Shown here: one piece after another, positions 48,879 to 58,320 of the stretch | How positions within the stretch are numbered: position 1 is the stretch's first letter | Layout: every line of letters begins with the position of its first letter | Origin: an uncultured Rhodopirellula sp. | Lineage (GTDB): Bacteria > Planctomycetota > Planctomycetia > Pirellulales > Pirellulaceae | Length of the DNA stretch: 64,000 nucleotides | NCBI GenBank assembly: GCA_964007735.1 | Contig: CAXGAI010000001.1 | Location: forward strand, 1-64,000 | Reading direction: 5' to 3' | The notes under the pieces: model-generated | Database searches by the model: none | Told to the model about the DNA's origin: nothing | Seen by the model: the letters and a program-made list of their open reading frames with translations, nothing else | Made by a program: the position numbers and the translations under genes

Positions 48879-50086
48879 TGGGATTCCCCGAAAAGCTGCT
48901 AACGATTTGCGTTCTAGTATTGAGTGTCGTTAATTGCTCCGCTCAGGATATTCCGGAGGTATCCTCCGACAACATTCACCTGCGGGGTAGTCTGACTAAT
49001 AGTAAGTTGGTGTTTGAACAGTCGGGTAAAGGGCATGTTGCTTGCATTGGTGGCAGCATCACCCAAATGAACGGTTATCGCCCCATGGTAAGCGCATTTC
49101 TGGAACAGCGATTCCCCGATACAGAGTTTGAGTTTACGAATGCGGGGATATCATCCACCTGTTCCGTGACGGGTGCCCATCGGTTGACGCGGGATGTCTT
49201 GTCAAAAGGCAATGTGGACCTGCTTTTCATTGAGTTTGCGGTGAATGATGATCAGGACGCAGGACATGATATGACACATGCTGTCCGGGGCATGGAAGGA
49301 CTTCTGGCTCAAGCGCGACGGCATAACCCCAAGGCCGACATCATTGTGACCCATTTTGCTAATCAATCGATGATGAATTCGATTCGTCGCGGTGAGACGC
49401 CGATTCCGATAGTGGCCCATAATCGAGTGTGTGAGCACTACCAAATTTCAACGATTGATCTCTGCGCCGAACTTGTGCAGTTGATTGACGATGAGAAAAC
49501 GACCTGGGACTTGTATGGGGGAGTGCACCCAAAGCCTTATGGAAATGCCATTTGTACGGCGATGATCAGGAAGTTGCTGGATCGGGGGTGGGATAAAAAC
49601 GTAGACAAAATGGTTGTCCACCCAACGCCGGAAAAGCTAATGGATGATGGTAGCTATGTATGGGGGCAACTCGCTGACCCCGTTGCGGCGAAGTATGATG
49701 AGCATTGGAAAGTGTCGGTTCCGGACTGGACGGATATTCCAGGCGGCTTCAGGCAGCAATTTGCAGGGTTGCAATTATTGCACGGTGAAACAGTACAAAG
49801 TGAATTCAAATACACGTTCGAAGGGACCTCGCTTGGTGCGTATGTCTTAGCCGGACCGGACGCGGGAATACTAGAGGTTCACGTAGATGGCAGCGAGACG
49901 CGGCATACAGTCAACCTCTTTCATCGTCACAGCAGAGGACTTCATTATCCACGTACTGTCATGTTAGCTGAAGGCTTGAAGGCTGGTCGACATACGATCA
50001 CCGTGCGTATTGATTCATCTCGGGATGCACAAAGTCGGGGCTCAGCAGTCCGGATCTTAAATTTCGCAACCAATGCGAAACGCTAA
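48878..50086 (+). CDS. SGNH/GDSL hydrolase with a C-terminal beta-sandwich domain
   Basis: IGGSIT; NAGISST; EFAVND; GVHP; start overlaps the upstream stop (TGATG). Confidence 0.85.
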   Translation: MGFPEKLLTICVLVLSVVNCSAQDIPEVSSDNIHLRGSLTNSKLVFEQSGKGHVACIGGSITQMNGYRPMVSAFLEQRFPDTEFEFTNAGISSTCSVTGAHRLTRDVLSKGNVDLLFIEFAVNDDQDAGHDMTHAVRGMEGLLAQARRHNPKADIIVTHFANQSMMNSIRRGETPIPIVAHNRVCEHYQISTIDLCAELVQLIDDEKTTWDLYGGVHPKPYGNAICTAMIRKLLDRGWDKNVDKMVVHPTPEKLMDDGSYVWGQLADPVAAKYDEHWKVSVPDWTDIPGGFRQQFAGLQLLHGETVQSEFKYTFEGTSLGAYVLAGPDAGILEVHVDGSETRHTVNLFHRHSRGLHYPRTVMLAEGLKAGRHTITVRIDSSRDAQSRGSAVRILNFATNAKR

Positions 50087-50303
50087 TGGTCAGCTTGGCG
50101 TGGTAAATCGAAATCTTTCCCGTCATGGTGATCGAGCAGATCGCGTCGATCGAAGGACCGGAGTTATTTCTTGGTAGATTTCTACCCCACCATCCTGATT
50201 CAGAGAAGTTCAGAGAATTAGTCGTGGAACCAACTGTGCCATCTGTGTCGAGATATGTGAGAGCTCCCGGGAGACTTGGGTCTCACCGTGATTTGGATTT
50301 AGA

Positions 50304-51860
50304 TTAGTTCCTGATGAGATCCACTTTATCTAAATAGAGTATTTGCTGCTTGGAGCCGATATCCAACTCAAGACGGACATCCATTATAGTTTCAGCATTG
50401 TGAGTGTAGAGCTTTGTGTAGACACGAGGTTCTTTGCCAATCGTTATCCACCCACCACCCGTTTCAGCACTGTCATAAATGGAACGCATATTTTTGACAT
50501 CCTTCAACATGATCTTCATGCGACCTTTCCCATCTTCACTCGCAGCAATAAAACTAATTTTGTAAGTTTGGCCTTTGAATAGGTGTAACAATGTTCTGTC
50601 GGGGGCCCCCATGTATCCATCCTTATTTTTATACGTTTGCAGATATAATTGCCCTTCCGTATCAGCAGGCACTTTCAACTTAAGCATACTGATCCCACTA
50701 AAAGCCATTTTCCCATAGATATATTCTCTTGAGATTTTTTCTGTGGTCAGCCGCCATGCATGATCCGGCTTGAAGAATTCACCATTAATAACCTGAGATA
50801 TTTTTGGGGACACTGCTGGTTTCACTCCAGTTAGCTTGTCCAAGACGGTCTGGTTCCAGCCTGTTTCAGAATTAAAAATACCGAATGCCCTCTGGTTGTT
50901 TTGTATTCCTGTGTACCACATGCTGCCAATGTTGTGGGCATCGAATAGGTCAACATGGTGATCCAACCATTTGTTCAAGTCTTGATTGGTCCGGTTTGGA
51001 AATAGCCAGCATCCCCATTCGGTAATAATGATTGGAATGTCTACACCGATGCTATTTTTCCAATTCACAGCATTGATTATTTCCTTTGTGATCGGACCCT
51101 TCCATTTCAATTCCTCGTTTCCAAGCCCCATGGTCCACATCGCAAAATTAAGGCCATCCCTGTGTCCGGGGCTATAAAAATGGATCGCTACACCTGTGTT
51201 AACGTCATCATAAAACCCCTTACCACCTTCAAATTTATACGTCAGGTATTGTTCCGTCACATAAGGGTCCAAAAATTCAGAATCATTGTAGCCGGGTGCT
51301 CCAATTAGAATTGGACGGTCGGGGTCGACATCACGAATGGCTTGTACGGCAGCATTATAGAGCGGCATGACTTTCGACGCTCCTTTAGCATTTTCAAAAC
51401 CAATGCCCTTAGGTTCGTTAAGTATTTCGAAAACAAGATCGTTTGGGTACTTTTCCCAAACCTCCGCCAGCTTCCTCCACTTATCTGCTATTTGCTGCTC
51501 TCCCAATTGTGGGTTTCTAGACCATACAGAAGAACCCCACATGCAAACCACGATGGCTAGTTTATTTGAGAGAGCATCTTTAATCTGTTGTTCGGTAGAT
51601 TCGTAATTTGCGTGAACCGGCAGAAACACCCGAACCGAATCAAAACCGGCATCAACCGCCGCTTCAAAATGTGCTGCATCGTGTTGGATTTTTGACCACA
51701 CACCACTGTCACGACTTGCCGTATCGATATTAATACCGTTATGGAGCTTTTTGAAAACCGAGGCATTTTGGCGGGGGTTGCCTACTGGTTTCTCGTTGGA
51801 GATTCCCTGTAACGGCATGCACATTGAAACGACCAACAAACCGATAAATTTCGGAACCAT
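50304..51860 (-). CDS. Glycoside hydrolase family 5 with a C-terminal CBM4/9-like domain
   Basis: GINI; GFDSVRV; FEILNEP (acid/base); HFYSP; IITEWG (nucleophile); C-terminal INGEF...YLDKV; start ATG 51860. Confidence 0.85.
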   Translation of the reverse strand: MVPKFIGLLVVSMCMPLQGISNEKPVGNPRQNASVFKKLHNGINIDTASRDSGVWSKIQHDAAHFEAAVDAGFDSVRVFLPVHANYESTEQQIKDALSNKLAIVVCMWGSSVWSRNPQLGEQQIADKWRKLAEVWEKYPNDLVFEILNEPKGIGFENAKGASKVMPLYNAAVQAIRDVDPDRPILIGAPGYNDSEFLDPYVTEQYLTYKFEGGKGFYDDVNTGVAIHFYSPGHRDGLNFAMWTMGLGNEELKWKGPITKEIINAVNWKNSIGVDIPIIITEWGCWLFPNRTNQDLNKWLDHHVDLFDAHNIGSMWYTGIQNNQRAFGIFNSETGWNQTVLDKLTGVKPAVSPKISQVINGEFFKPDHAWRLTTEKISREYIYGKMAFSGISMLKLKVPADTEGQLYLQTYKNKDGYMGAPDRTLLHLFKGQTYKISFIAASEDGKGRMKIMLKDVKNMRSIYDSAETGGGWITIGKEPRVYTKLYTHNAETIMDVRLELDIGSKQQILYLDKVDLIRN

Positions 51861-51864
51861 CGAT

Positions 51865-52677
51865 TTAATTCTTGGTGAGAATACAACGCAGACCAACGGC
51901 ATCGTCTGTTAAATCTGCCGCAACAACGTAACGATAACTACTTGTGAGCTTGTCGGCTTTGTCTTTCCAACTACCGCCGCGCAGAATACGTGTCTTTCGA
52001 TCCTTTTCGATATGGGCACTGCCGTCGTTGGGGGCATTCTTATAAGATTCGCTTCCCGTATCAGTGCACCATTCCCATAAGTATCCGTGTATATCAAATA
52101 GACCCCAGGCATTTGGTTTCTTTACACCTACAGGTGGATCGTTCCCGGCAGCATTGCCGGTAAACCAGCCGTAGTCCCCAAGCAGCTTTTCGTCGTCGCC
52201 AAAACTGTAATCAGTTTTGGTACCCGCCCGAGCGAAATATTCCCATTCGGCCTCCGAAGGCAGGCGTATCTCCTGATCTTTGTCAATCAGCTTTGCCAAT
52301 TGCATCATTTTGGTTGCTGTTGTACAAAACTTTTGAGCATCCTCGAATGTTAGTTCTTCAACGGAGTTACGGGGGCCTTTCCAGCGGGAAGGATTGCTAC
52401 CCATGACCGCTTCCCACAGATTTTGTGGCACTTCATATTTTGCCACATAGAAGGAATAGTCAAAACTGACTTTGTGTTTCGGTGTTTCTCTCTCCGCCTT
52501 GCCTCCCATTTCATACGATTTGGGGAACTTGCCTTGTCCCGGCGTGATGAGAACGAATTCACGGTGAAACGTTTTTAGCAACTTTTGCTGAGTTTCGGTG
52601 AGTTCTTCGGCGTTCGTCATCGTAGTGAGTAGGAGTGGACAGAAAGCTGCCCAAAAGAGAGTTCTAATAGAGGGCAC
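51865..52677 (-). CDS. Formylglycine-generating-enzyme-fold (SUMF1/PvdO-like) secreted protein
   Basis: YEMG; KYEV; RLPSEAEWEY; PNAWGLFDIHG..WEW; RGGSW; GLRC; probable GTG start 52677 just after the floA stop. Confidence 0.88.
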   Translation of the reverse strand: MPSIRTLFWAAFCPLLLTTMTNAEELTETQQKLLKTFHREFVLITPGQGKFPKSYEMGGKAERETPKHKVSFDYSFYVAKYEVPQNLWEAVMGSNPSRWKGPRNSVEELTFEDAQKFCTTATKMMQLAKLIDKDQEIRLPSEAEWEYFARAGTKTDYSFGDDEKLLGDYGWFTGNAAGNDPPVGVKKPNAWGLFDIHGYLWEWCTDTGSESYKNAPNDGSAHIEKDRKTRILRGGSWKDKADKLTSSYRYVVAADLTDDAVGLRCILTKN

Positions 52678-52678
52678 G

Positions 52679-53677
52679 TTATTTACCTTGTATTTCAATA
52701 TTTCCGGTACGAAAGGCTTCAGCCATTGCCTTAGGGACTTCGGCTTCTGCCTGTATGAGGCTAGCTTGTTTGCCAATGACTTCAGCTTTTTGCTCCTGTT
52801 CAACGGCGATAGCTTCGGCTCGTCGCTGCTCGGCTTTGGCACGGGCGACACGGGTATCCGCTTCGGCCTGATCTACCTGCAGACGTGAGCCAATATTTTC
52901 ACCAACGACGGCTCCCGCGATATCAATCGAGACAATTTCAAAGGCAGTCTGAGAATCCAAGCCTCGTTCCAGCACCGCTTTGGTGATCATGCCAGGGTTC
53001 TGGAGCACATCTGAGTGCAGTGTAGCCGAACCAATCGCAGAGATAATACTTTCGCCAACTCGGGCGATAATGGTCTCTTCGGTTGCACCCCCGATCAATT
53101 GTTCAAGATTGGTACGAACCGTGACTTGTGCATGTACTTTGAGCTCGACGCCGTCTTTGGCCACGGCACTAAGAGATTCTTTACCACTACGTTGGGGATC
53201 CGGGCAGCTAATGACTTTTGGATCTACACTCGTACGGACAGCCTCAACTACATCACGGCCGGCCAGATCAATTGCAGCGGCTTGATCAAATTCAAGCGCA
53301 ATGCCTGCGTTCTTGGAAGCGACCAACGCCTCAATAATATTACCTACATTTCCACCCGCAAGATAATGTGCTTCCAAACTGTTTGTTGTCACAAACGTAC
53401 CATCAAAGCTGGCGCCTTTAGGAAGATCTCGTTCCGTCTTTAACTGCGCCTGAACAGCCTTGATTTTGGCTTTCATGATGGCTTTTTGATTAACCTGACG
53501 GAGACCCATGATTACTAATTCAATCAAACCGATCTGAGCTCCACAGTTATACCCTTCCCACCATAACGCTCCATATTTTAGCGTCACGATTAGGAGGCCG
53601 AGCATAAGAATGACGACAATGCCGAGGCCTGCGATTTGACCAATAGCTGTATCAGCAATCAGGTAGAGAAAATTCAT
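52679..53677 (-). CDS. floA: Flotillin-like protein FloA (YqfA/UPF0365)
   Basis: LEAHYLAGGNV; AAAIDLAGRDV; AVAKDGVELK; IGGATEETIIARVGE; AFEIVSIDIA; AEAEVPKAMAEAFR. Confidence 0.92.
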   Translation of the reverse strand: MNFLYLIADTAIGQIAGLGIVVILMLGLLIVTLKYGALWWEGYNCGAQIGLIELVIMGLRQVNQKAIMKAKIKAVQAQLKTERDLPKGASFDGTFVTTNSLEAHYLAGGNVGNIIEALVASKNAGIALEFDQAAAIDLAGRDVVEAVRTSVDPKVISCPDPQRSGKESLSAVAKDGVELKVHAQVTVRTNLEQLIGGATEETIIARVGESIISAIGSATLHSDVLQNPGMITKAVLERGLDSQTAFEIVSIDIAGAVVGENIGSRLQVDQAEADTRVARAKAEQRRAEAIAVEQEQKAEVIGKQASLIQAEAEVPKAMAEAFRTGNIEIQGK

Positions 53678-53777
53678 CGTAGTGTTCCAATATTACGTGT
53701 GTTGACAGCTTTGATAATACCGTATTCGCTATAAGGAATCCAAGCAATTCGAGGCTTGAAGAATAGGTAAGCTCTAA

Positions 53778-54758
53778 CTATTTGAGGAAGGCTGCATTGG
53801 CATCGACAGATTGATCAATTAGTTCCAGCTCGATTAGTTGATCGCGTAACTGTTCCCAGCGTGCGGAGGTCATATTGCCGAGCGTGTCCGAGCTCATGCC
53901 ATCCGGCAAACACAATTCTTTTAAAGTTTTTGCACCAAACGCGAGGATTTCCAAATCCATTTCTTCATTGAGTGTATGAATATGCTCATCGGTTTTTGTT
54001 GAATCGTCAAGATAAATAGCCCACCCTTTCCTGCTCGCGCGGATCATCCGATCGATGAGATCTTTATCAGAGTTGACGGTTTCCTGTGTTGTAATCAGCA
54101 GGCTGGTGTAGGGGTTATAACCTAAGTCGGAGACCATCAGAACTTTCGGGTTGGCACCGGACTTTCTTGCTACGAACGGTTCGCTGAACACGTAGGCCTG
54201 TTGCCCATAATTTTCGTTGCTTAAAAACACCGCCGGGCTGCCCGGATAGCCAACGAACTTAATGTTTTTCAAAGGAAGATGTTTTTGCATGTACAAAGCA
54301 AAGGCGCGTCCCGCACTTATTCCTAGTGTCATATCATTAAGGTCGGAGAGTGAATTAATCCCGGAACCTTCATGCACCATAATGCAACGTGGGCTCGTTT
54401 GTAGTGGCGCAAACAAAGCGACCGCATTTGAATCTTTCGCCCGGCTCGTTAGTACCTGATCAGCATTGCCAACGATAAAGTCTGCCTGCCCCGACACGAG
54501 CTTTTGAATGACGGGACTGTTAGGCCCGCCACCTATGATCTCCACATCTAGCCCCTCTTCTTTATAGGCACCGTGGATCAGAGCAGCGTAATAACCACCA
54601 TGCTCCGCTTCAGGAAACCAATTGAGCTGTAGAGATACTTTGGTCAACGGTGTTGCGCTGTCGTTGATAGTGTTTTGTGGGATTGGCTGCTCCTCGGTTT
54701 CACATCCGCTAAGAATTAGAAAAGCGACCAGAGCGAAGAGTGAGTGGTGTTTATTCAT
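53778..54758 (-). CDS. ABC transporter substrate-binding lipoprotein, NMT1/THI5-like
   Basis: Lipobox LSGC; LNWFPEAEHGGYYAA; GLDVEI; LGYNPY. Confidence 0.85.
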   Translation of the reverse strand: MNKHHSLFALVAFLILSGCETEEQPIPQNTINDSATPLTKVSLQLNWFPEAEHGGYYAALIHGAYKEEGLDVEIIGGGPNSPVIQKLVSGQADFIVGNADQVLTSRAKDSNAVALFAPLQTSPRCIMVHEGSGINSLSDLNDMTLGISAGRAFALYMQKHLPLKNIKFVGYPGSPAVFLSNENYGQQAYVFSEPFVARKSGANPKVLMVSDLGYNPYTSLLITTQETVNSDKDLIDRMIRASRKGWAIYLDDSTKTDEHIHTLNEEMDLEILAFGAKTLKELCLPDGMSSDTLGNMTSARWEQLRDQLIELELIDQSVDANAAFLK

Positions 54759-55209
54759 TGTGATTATCTGTAGAAGGAAGAGCGTCGGTGATTCTTGTTG
54801 CCATCACATCTATGATGGACTTATGGATTCCAAGGGGCGGAGTGACAACGCAACTGGTTTCCGGATGTTGTCGTGCTGCCTCTCGGGCTAATTCCGGAAT
54901 GTCCTTATGCCAATGACGTCCAGGAGCGAGAAAATAAGGGTGTACAACAATGTATTGAGCTCCCCGTGCTACACAGGCCTGATAAGCCGCATTGATATCC
55001 GGTGAGGCCAACTCCATATGAGCGGGCTCTACGATTTCGACATCGGCATGGTGCTGAAATAGCCGGGCCATTTCCTGCACGTAAATATTGCTCTCGTCCC
55101 GTTTCGACCCATGATCAACAACAATGACTCCCAACAAAGCTCGCTCGAAGGACTCTGGAATCGAGCCTTGGACAAGAATTTGTTTCGGGAGATCGGGGAT
55201 CTGAGTCAT
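54751..55209 (-). CDS. cbiX: Short CbiX/SirB-type class II chelatase
   Basis: VVDHGS; PAHMELASP; HPYFLAPGRHW..DIP; PLG.H; start taken at ATG 55209. Confidence 0.8.
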   Translation of the reverse strand: MTQIPDLPKQILVQGSIPESFERALLGVIVVDHGSKRDESNIYVQEMARLFQHHADVEIVEPAHMELASPDINAAYQACVARGAQYIVVHPYFLAPGRHWHKDIPELAREAARQHPETSCVVTPPLGIHKSIIDVMATRITDALPSTDNHNE

Positions 55210-55335
55210 GATTGGGAAAACAAGTAAATAGGAATGCTGGTGTAAGTTAGTTGTCAACAAATGTACAACGTTGTCTATTATAAAAGCAGGTGGCCAGAAA
55301 TCAGTTCCAGTCATACCGTTCAGAGTGCCAAATTA

Positions 55336-56079
55336 GTGAAAAATATTATCGAACTTTCATCCCTGAATGTCACGCTAGGTCAAAGTGATATCCTGCGCGA
55401 TCTGTCGCTGCAAATTCCAGCGGCTCAATGGTGTTCGATTGTCGGCCCTTCGGGATGTGGAAAATCGACGCTATTACGCGCTCTGGCGGGCTTAATTGAA
55501 GGTACGGCGGAAAAGTTCGTAACTGATTTTAAGACGCCAGCTTTTGTTTTTCAGGATCCGACGCTTATGCCCTGGCGAACAGTTCGTGACAATGTGGTTT
55601 TACCGCTTGAACTTAAGGGTAGCAGTGATGGGCGGCGGCCACGGATTGATATGCTGTCTATTCAGGAAACGATTGAGTGCGTTGGATTAAATTCAGACGA
55701 TCTGATTAAATTTCCTCGCCAGTTGTCTGGTGGTATGCGGATGAGAGTATCGATGGCGCGTGCTTTAGTAACACAGCCTGACATCCTCTTCATGGATGAG
55801 CCATTTGCCGCACTTGATGAATTGCTTCGTCAGCAACTAAATCAACTGATCCATGAGATTTGCCGAACTCAGCGCTTGACTACTTTGTTTGTCACTCATA
55901 ATGTCTCTGAGGCAGTGTATCTCAGTGATAGAATCCTGGTCATGAATCTTGAAGGCACCATTGTTAGCGATTTAGAGATATCGTTGCCTCCGCAGAGGAC
56001 GCCGGATTTACGAGGATCGGCTTTGTATATCTCTCAGGTTAATGAAGTGACTCAGCGTTTGCAGGAGGCAATGCAATGA
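55336..56079 (+). CDS. ABC transporter ATP-binding protein (TauB/SsuB-like)
   Basis: GPSGCGKST; VFQDPTLMPWRTV; LSGGMRMR; MDEPFAALDE; VTH; probable GTG start 55336. Confidence 0.92.
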   Translation: MKNIIELSSLNVTLGQSDILRDLSLQIPAAQWCSIVGPSGCGKSTLLRALAGLIEGTAEKFVTDFKTPAFVFQDPTLMPWRTVRDNVVLPLELKGSSDGRRPRIDMLSIQETIECVGLNSDDLIKFPRQLSGGMRMRVSMARALVTQPDILFMDEPFAALDELLRQQLNQLIHEICRTQRLTTLFVTHNVSEAVYLSDRILVMNLEGTIVSDLEISLPPQRTPDLRGSALYISQVNEVTQRLQEAMQ

Positions 56080-56858
56080 GCCGCAATGAGATTCGCCAAT
56101 TTCTGCTACCAGTGCTGTTCCTGATTTTTGTACTGTTGGTTTGGCAGTTAGCAGACTATGTGTTCGAGATCAAACGAATTATTCTGCCCAGTCCGTTGGA
56201 AATTGCGGAGGAAAGCTGGAAGAAGTTGGATGACCTAATGAAAGCGACATTTGTCACTGGCTTGGCAGCATTAAGCGGTTTTGCTATTTCGATTTGTTTG
56301 GGGGTGACACTCGCATTACTCTTCTCAATATCGAAATTGGCGAAACAGAGCATCTATCCTTATATGATCTTACTGCAAACGGTTCCCATCGTTGCCATTG
56401 CTCCTTTGGTGATCATTTGGTTTGGTGGAGGATTGAGTAGTGTGGTGGTCATCGTGACGGTGATTAGTATTTTTCCTGTAGTGACCAATGTGACCACTGG
56501 GCTGACGACGGTTGATGTTGGATTAACAGAGCTAATGCATTTGTATCAGGCTAGTCGTTCAGATCTATTATTCAAACTAAAATTGCCGAATGCGGTGCCT
56601 TACCTTTTAACTGGGGCAAGAATCTCCTCAGGGTTAACGATTGTCGGTGCCGTTGTTGGAGAATATATGGCGGGCCATGACATAGACAGCCGAGGCTTAG
56701 GTTATTTTATCTTTATGAGCAATCAGAATTTCCAGGTGGAGGTGTTATATGCAAGTATTCTACTCTCGACTTTGCTTGGCATTCTTATGGTCGGTCTGAC
56801 GGCACTGGTTGGTAAGACGATTCTTTCTCGTTGGGCTTATCCGCTCCATCAGGGCTAA
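56076..56858 (+). CDS. ABC transporter permease (TauC/SsuC-like)
   Basis: ILPSP; QTVPIVAIAPL; LPNAVPY; GAVVGEY; GLGY; ATGA overlap with the ATPase gene. Confidence 0.9.
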   Translation: MSRNEIRQFLLPVLFLIFVLLVWQLADYVFEIKRIILPSPLEIAEESWKKLDDLMKATFVTGLAALSGFAISICLGVTLALLFSISKLAKQSIYPYMILLQTVPIVAIAPLVIIWFGGGLSSVVVIVTVISIFPVVTNVTTGLTTVDVGLTELMHLYQASRSDLLFKLKLPNAVPYLLTGARISSGLTIVGAVVGEYMAGHDIDSRGLGYFIFMSNQNFQVEVLYASILLSTLLGILMVGLTALVGKTILSRWAYPLHQG

Positions 56859-56884
56859 TTAGCCTGTCGTTAAAGCGGGCGAGA

Positions 56885-56894
56885 TTGTTATACT
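56885..56894 (+). promoter_or_regulatory. Putative extended -10 promoter for the MscS gene
   Basis: TGtTATACT about 40 nt upstream of ATG 56932. Confidence 0.35.
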
Positions 56895-56931
56895 TTGCCC
56901 GATAAAAGCGATTTAATCGGGGAAGTCTGCC

Positions 56932-58317
56932 ATGCGATTCTTAAAGCAACTTGTATTTTGCATTAGTTTGTTGGGAATGTTTACCTTTCCTGGTGTGGCG
57001 CGAGCTCAGGAAGAAACAGACCTAAAATTAAATTTGAATTCAACGCTCGAGTTGCATGAAGCTTGGGCTGAAGGTTTTAAGGAGTTTTTTCCAGAGTCCT
57101 TACATACGACCCACTTTCTTTTAGCCGATTACCAGTGGATTGGTTGTTTGGTACTGATCTTTTTTGGCTTTTTAGCGGATCTCAGTGTACGTAACTTGCT
57201 GACGATCATTGTGCGTTGGATTCGTCGTGATCAAAAAGAGGCTGATACACCGGACGATCAAAAGCGAGAGCGAAAAGTCTGGAAACCTGTTGGTTTACTC
57301 ACCCAGGCAGTTGTATGGTATTGGGGTGCGTTTTGTCTGGGCTTGCCATTAAGTTTATTGTTGATTGTCACCGTAGCACTTAAGTTCTTTACGGTGGTTG
57401 CTTCGGTATGGACTGCTTTTCGGTTTATCGACTGGATCGCGACAGTCATCACTCGAAAAGCGGCAGGTACAGAAACCAAATTTGATGATCTCCTGATTCC
57501 GCTGGTGAGAAAAGCACTTAAAGCATTCTCCATCTGTGTAGGGCTGGTCTTGTTTGCGGATGTATTCCAATTAGATGTAACTGCTTTGATTGGTGGTCTT
57601 GGAATTGGGGGCGCCGCCCTGGCATTTGCATCACAAGATACGCTTAGTAATTTATTTGGTTCTCTAACGGTTCTTGCAGACCGACCGTTTGAAATTGGTG
57701 ACTGGATCGTTTCCGATGGAGTTGAAGGGACGGTGGAAAATGTGGGTATGAGAAGTACTCGCGTTCGCACTTTCTACAATTCCGTAATTGTCTTGCCGAA
57801 CAGCCGTCTCACGACTGCCGTGGTCGATAATATGGGTAAACGTGAATTCCGAAGGTTCACGACGAAACTGGGAGTCCAGTATGATACGACCCCCGAGCAA
57901 CTCGAGGCATTTTGTGAAGCCATTCGGGAGATTATCCGTAGACATCCTTATACCAGGAAGGACTACTTTCAGGTTTATGTGAATGATCTTGCGGCCAGTA
58001 GTATCGATATTCTTTTGTACATGTTCTTTGAGTGTACGGACTGGCCAACGGAGTTACGTGAACGTCATCGATTGCTGACAGACATTATGCGTGTTGCCCA
58101 GAGATTGGGAGTTCAGTTTGCGTTTCCAACGCAAACCCTGCACTTATTTCAGGAAGAGAATCACGTTGATTACGCTACGCTACGATTTGATAGCCCGCAT
58201 GATCATGGTTTGGACGCAGCATCAGCAGTCACAGGTCACCTTGCAAAAGAAGACTTCCCCCCGGTTACCGTCATCACCGACGGAAAGCGATTAGGTGCGG
58301 CTGAAGCGGATGGGTAA
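56932..58317 (+). CDS. Small-conductance mechanosensitive channel (MscS family)
   Basis: GLGIGGAALAFASQDTLSNLFG; DRPFEIGDWI; GTVENVGMRSTRVRT; FAFPTQTL. Confidence 0.92.
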   Translation: MRFLKQLVFCISLLGMFTFPGVARAQEETDLKLNLNSTLELHEAWAEGFKEFFPESLHTTHFLLADYQWIGCLVLIFFGFLADLSVRNLLTIIVRWIRRDQKEADTPDDQKRERKVWKPVGLLTQAVVWYWGAFCLGLPLSLLLIVTVALKFFTVVASVWTAFRFIDWIATVITRKAAGTETKFDDLLIPLVRKALKAFSICVGLVLFADVFQLDVTALIGGLGIGGAALAFASQDTLSNLFGSLTVLADRPFEIGDWIVSDGVEGTVENVGMRSTRVRTFYNSVIVLPNSRLTTAVVDNMGKREFRRFTTKLGVQYDTTPEQLEAFCEAIREIIRRHPYTRKDYFQVYVNDLAASSIDILLYMFFECTDWPTELRERHRLLTDIMRVAQRLGVQFAFPTQTLHLFQEENHVDYATLRFDSPHDHGLDAASAVTGHLAKEDFPPVTVITDGKRLGAAEADG

Positions 58318-58320
58318 CAG

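Noticed and set aside
50125..50307. 60-aa ORF in the convergent gap
   Set aside because: No clear ribosome-binding site or family motif; cannot be supported as a gene
52678..52851. N-terminal extension of the FGE-like ORF overlapping floA
   Set aside because: A GTG at 52677 gives a normal signal peptide and removes the overlap. Upstream starts were trimmed likewise for ORFs at 2319, 5303, 6939, 22468, 25644, 28129, 51902, 55314, 55261 and 60381.
55226..55310. Cobalamin-riboswitch-like fragment (AATAGGAATGCTGGTGTAAG...GCCAGAA) beside cbiX and the ABC genes
   Set aside because: It lacks the GGGAA, the CCCnnnACTGT segment and a proper B12 box, and pairing is poor. An Infernal scan against Rfam cobalamin models would settle it.
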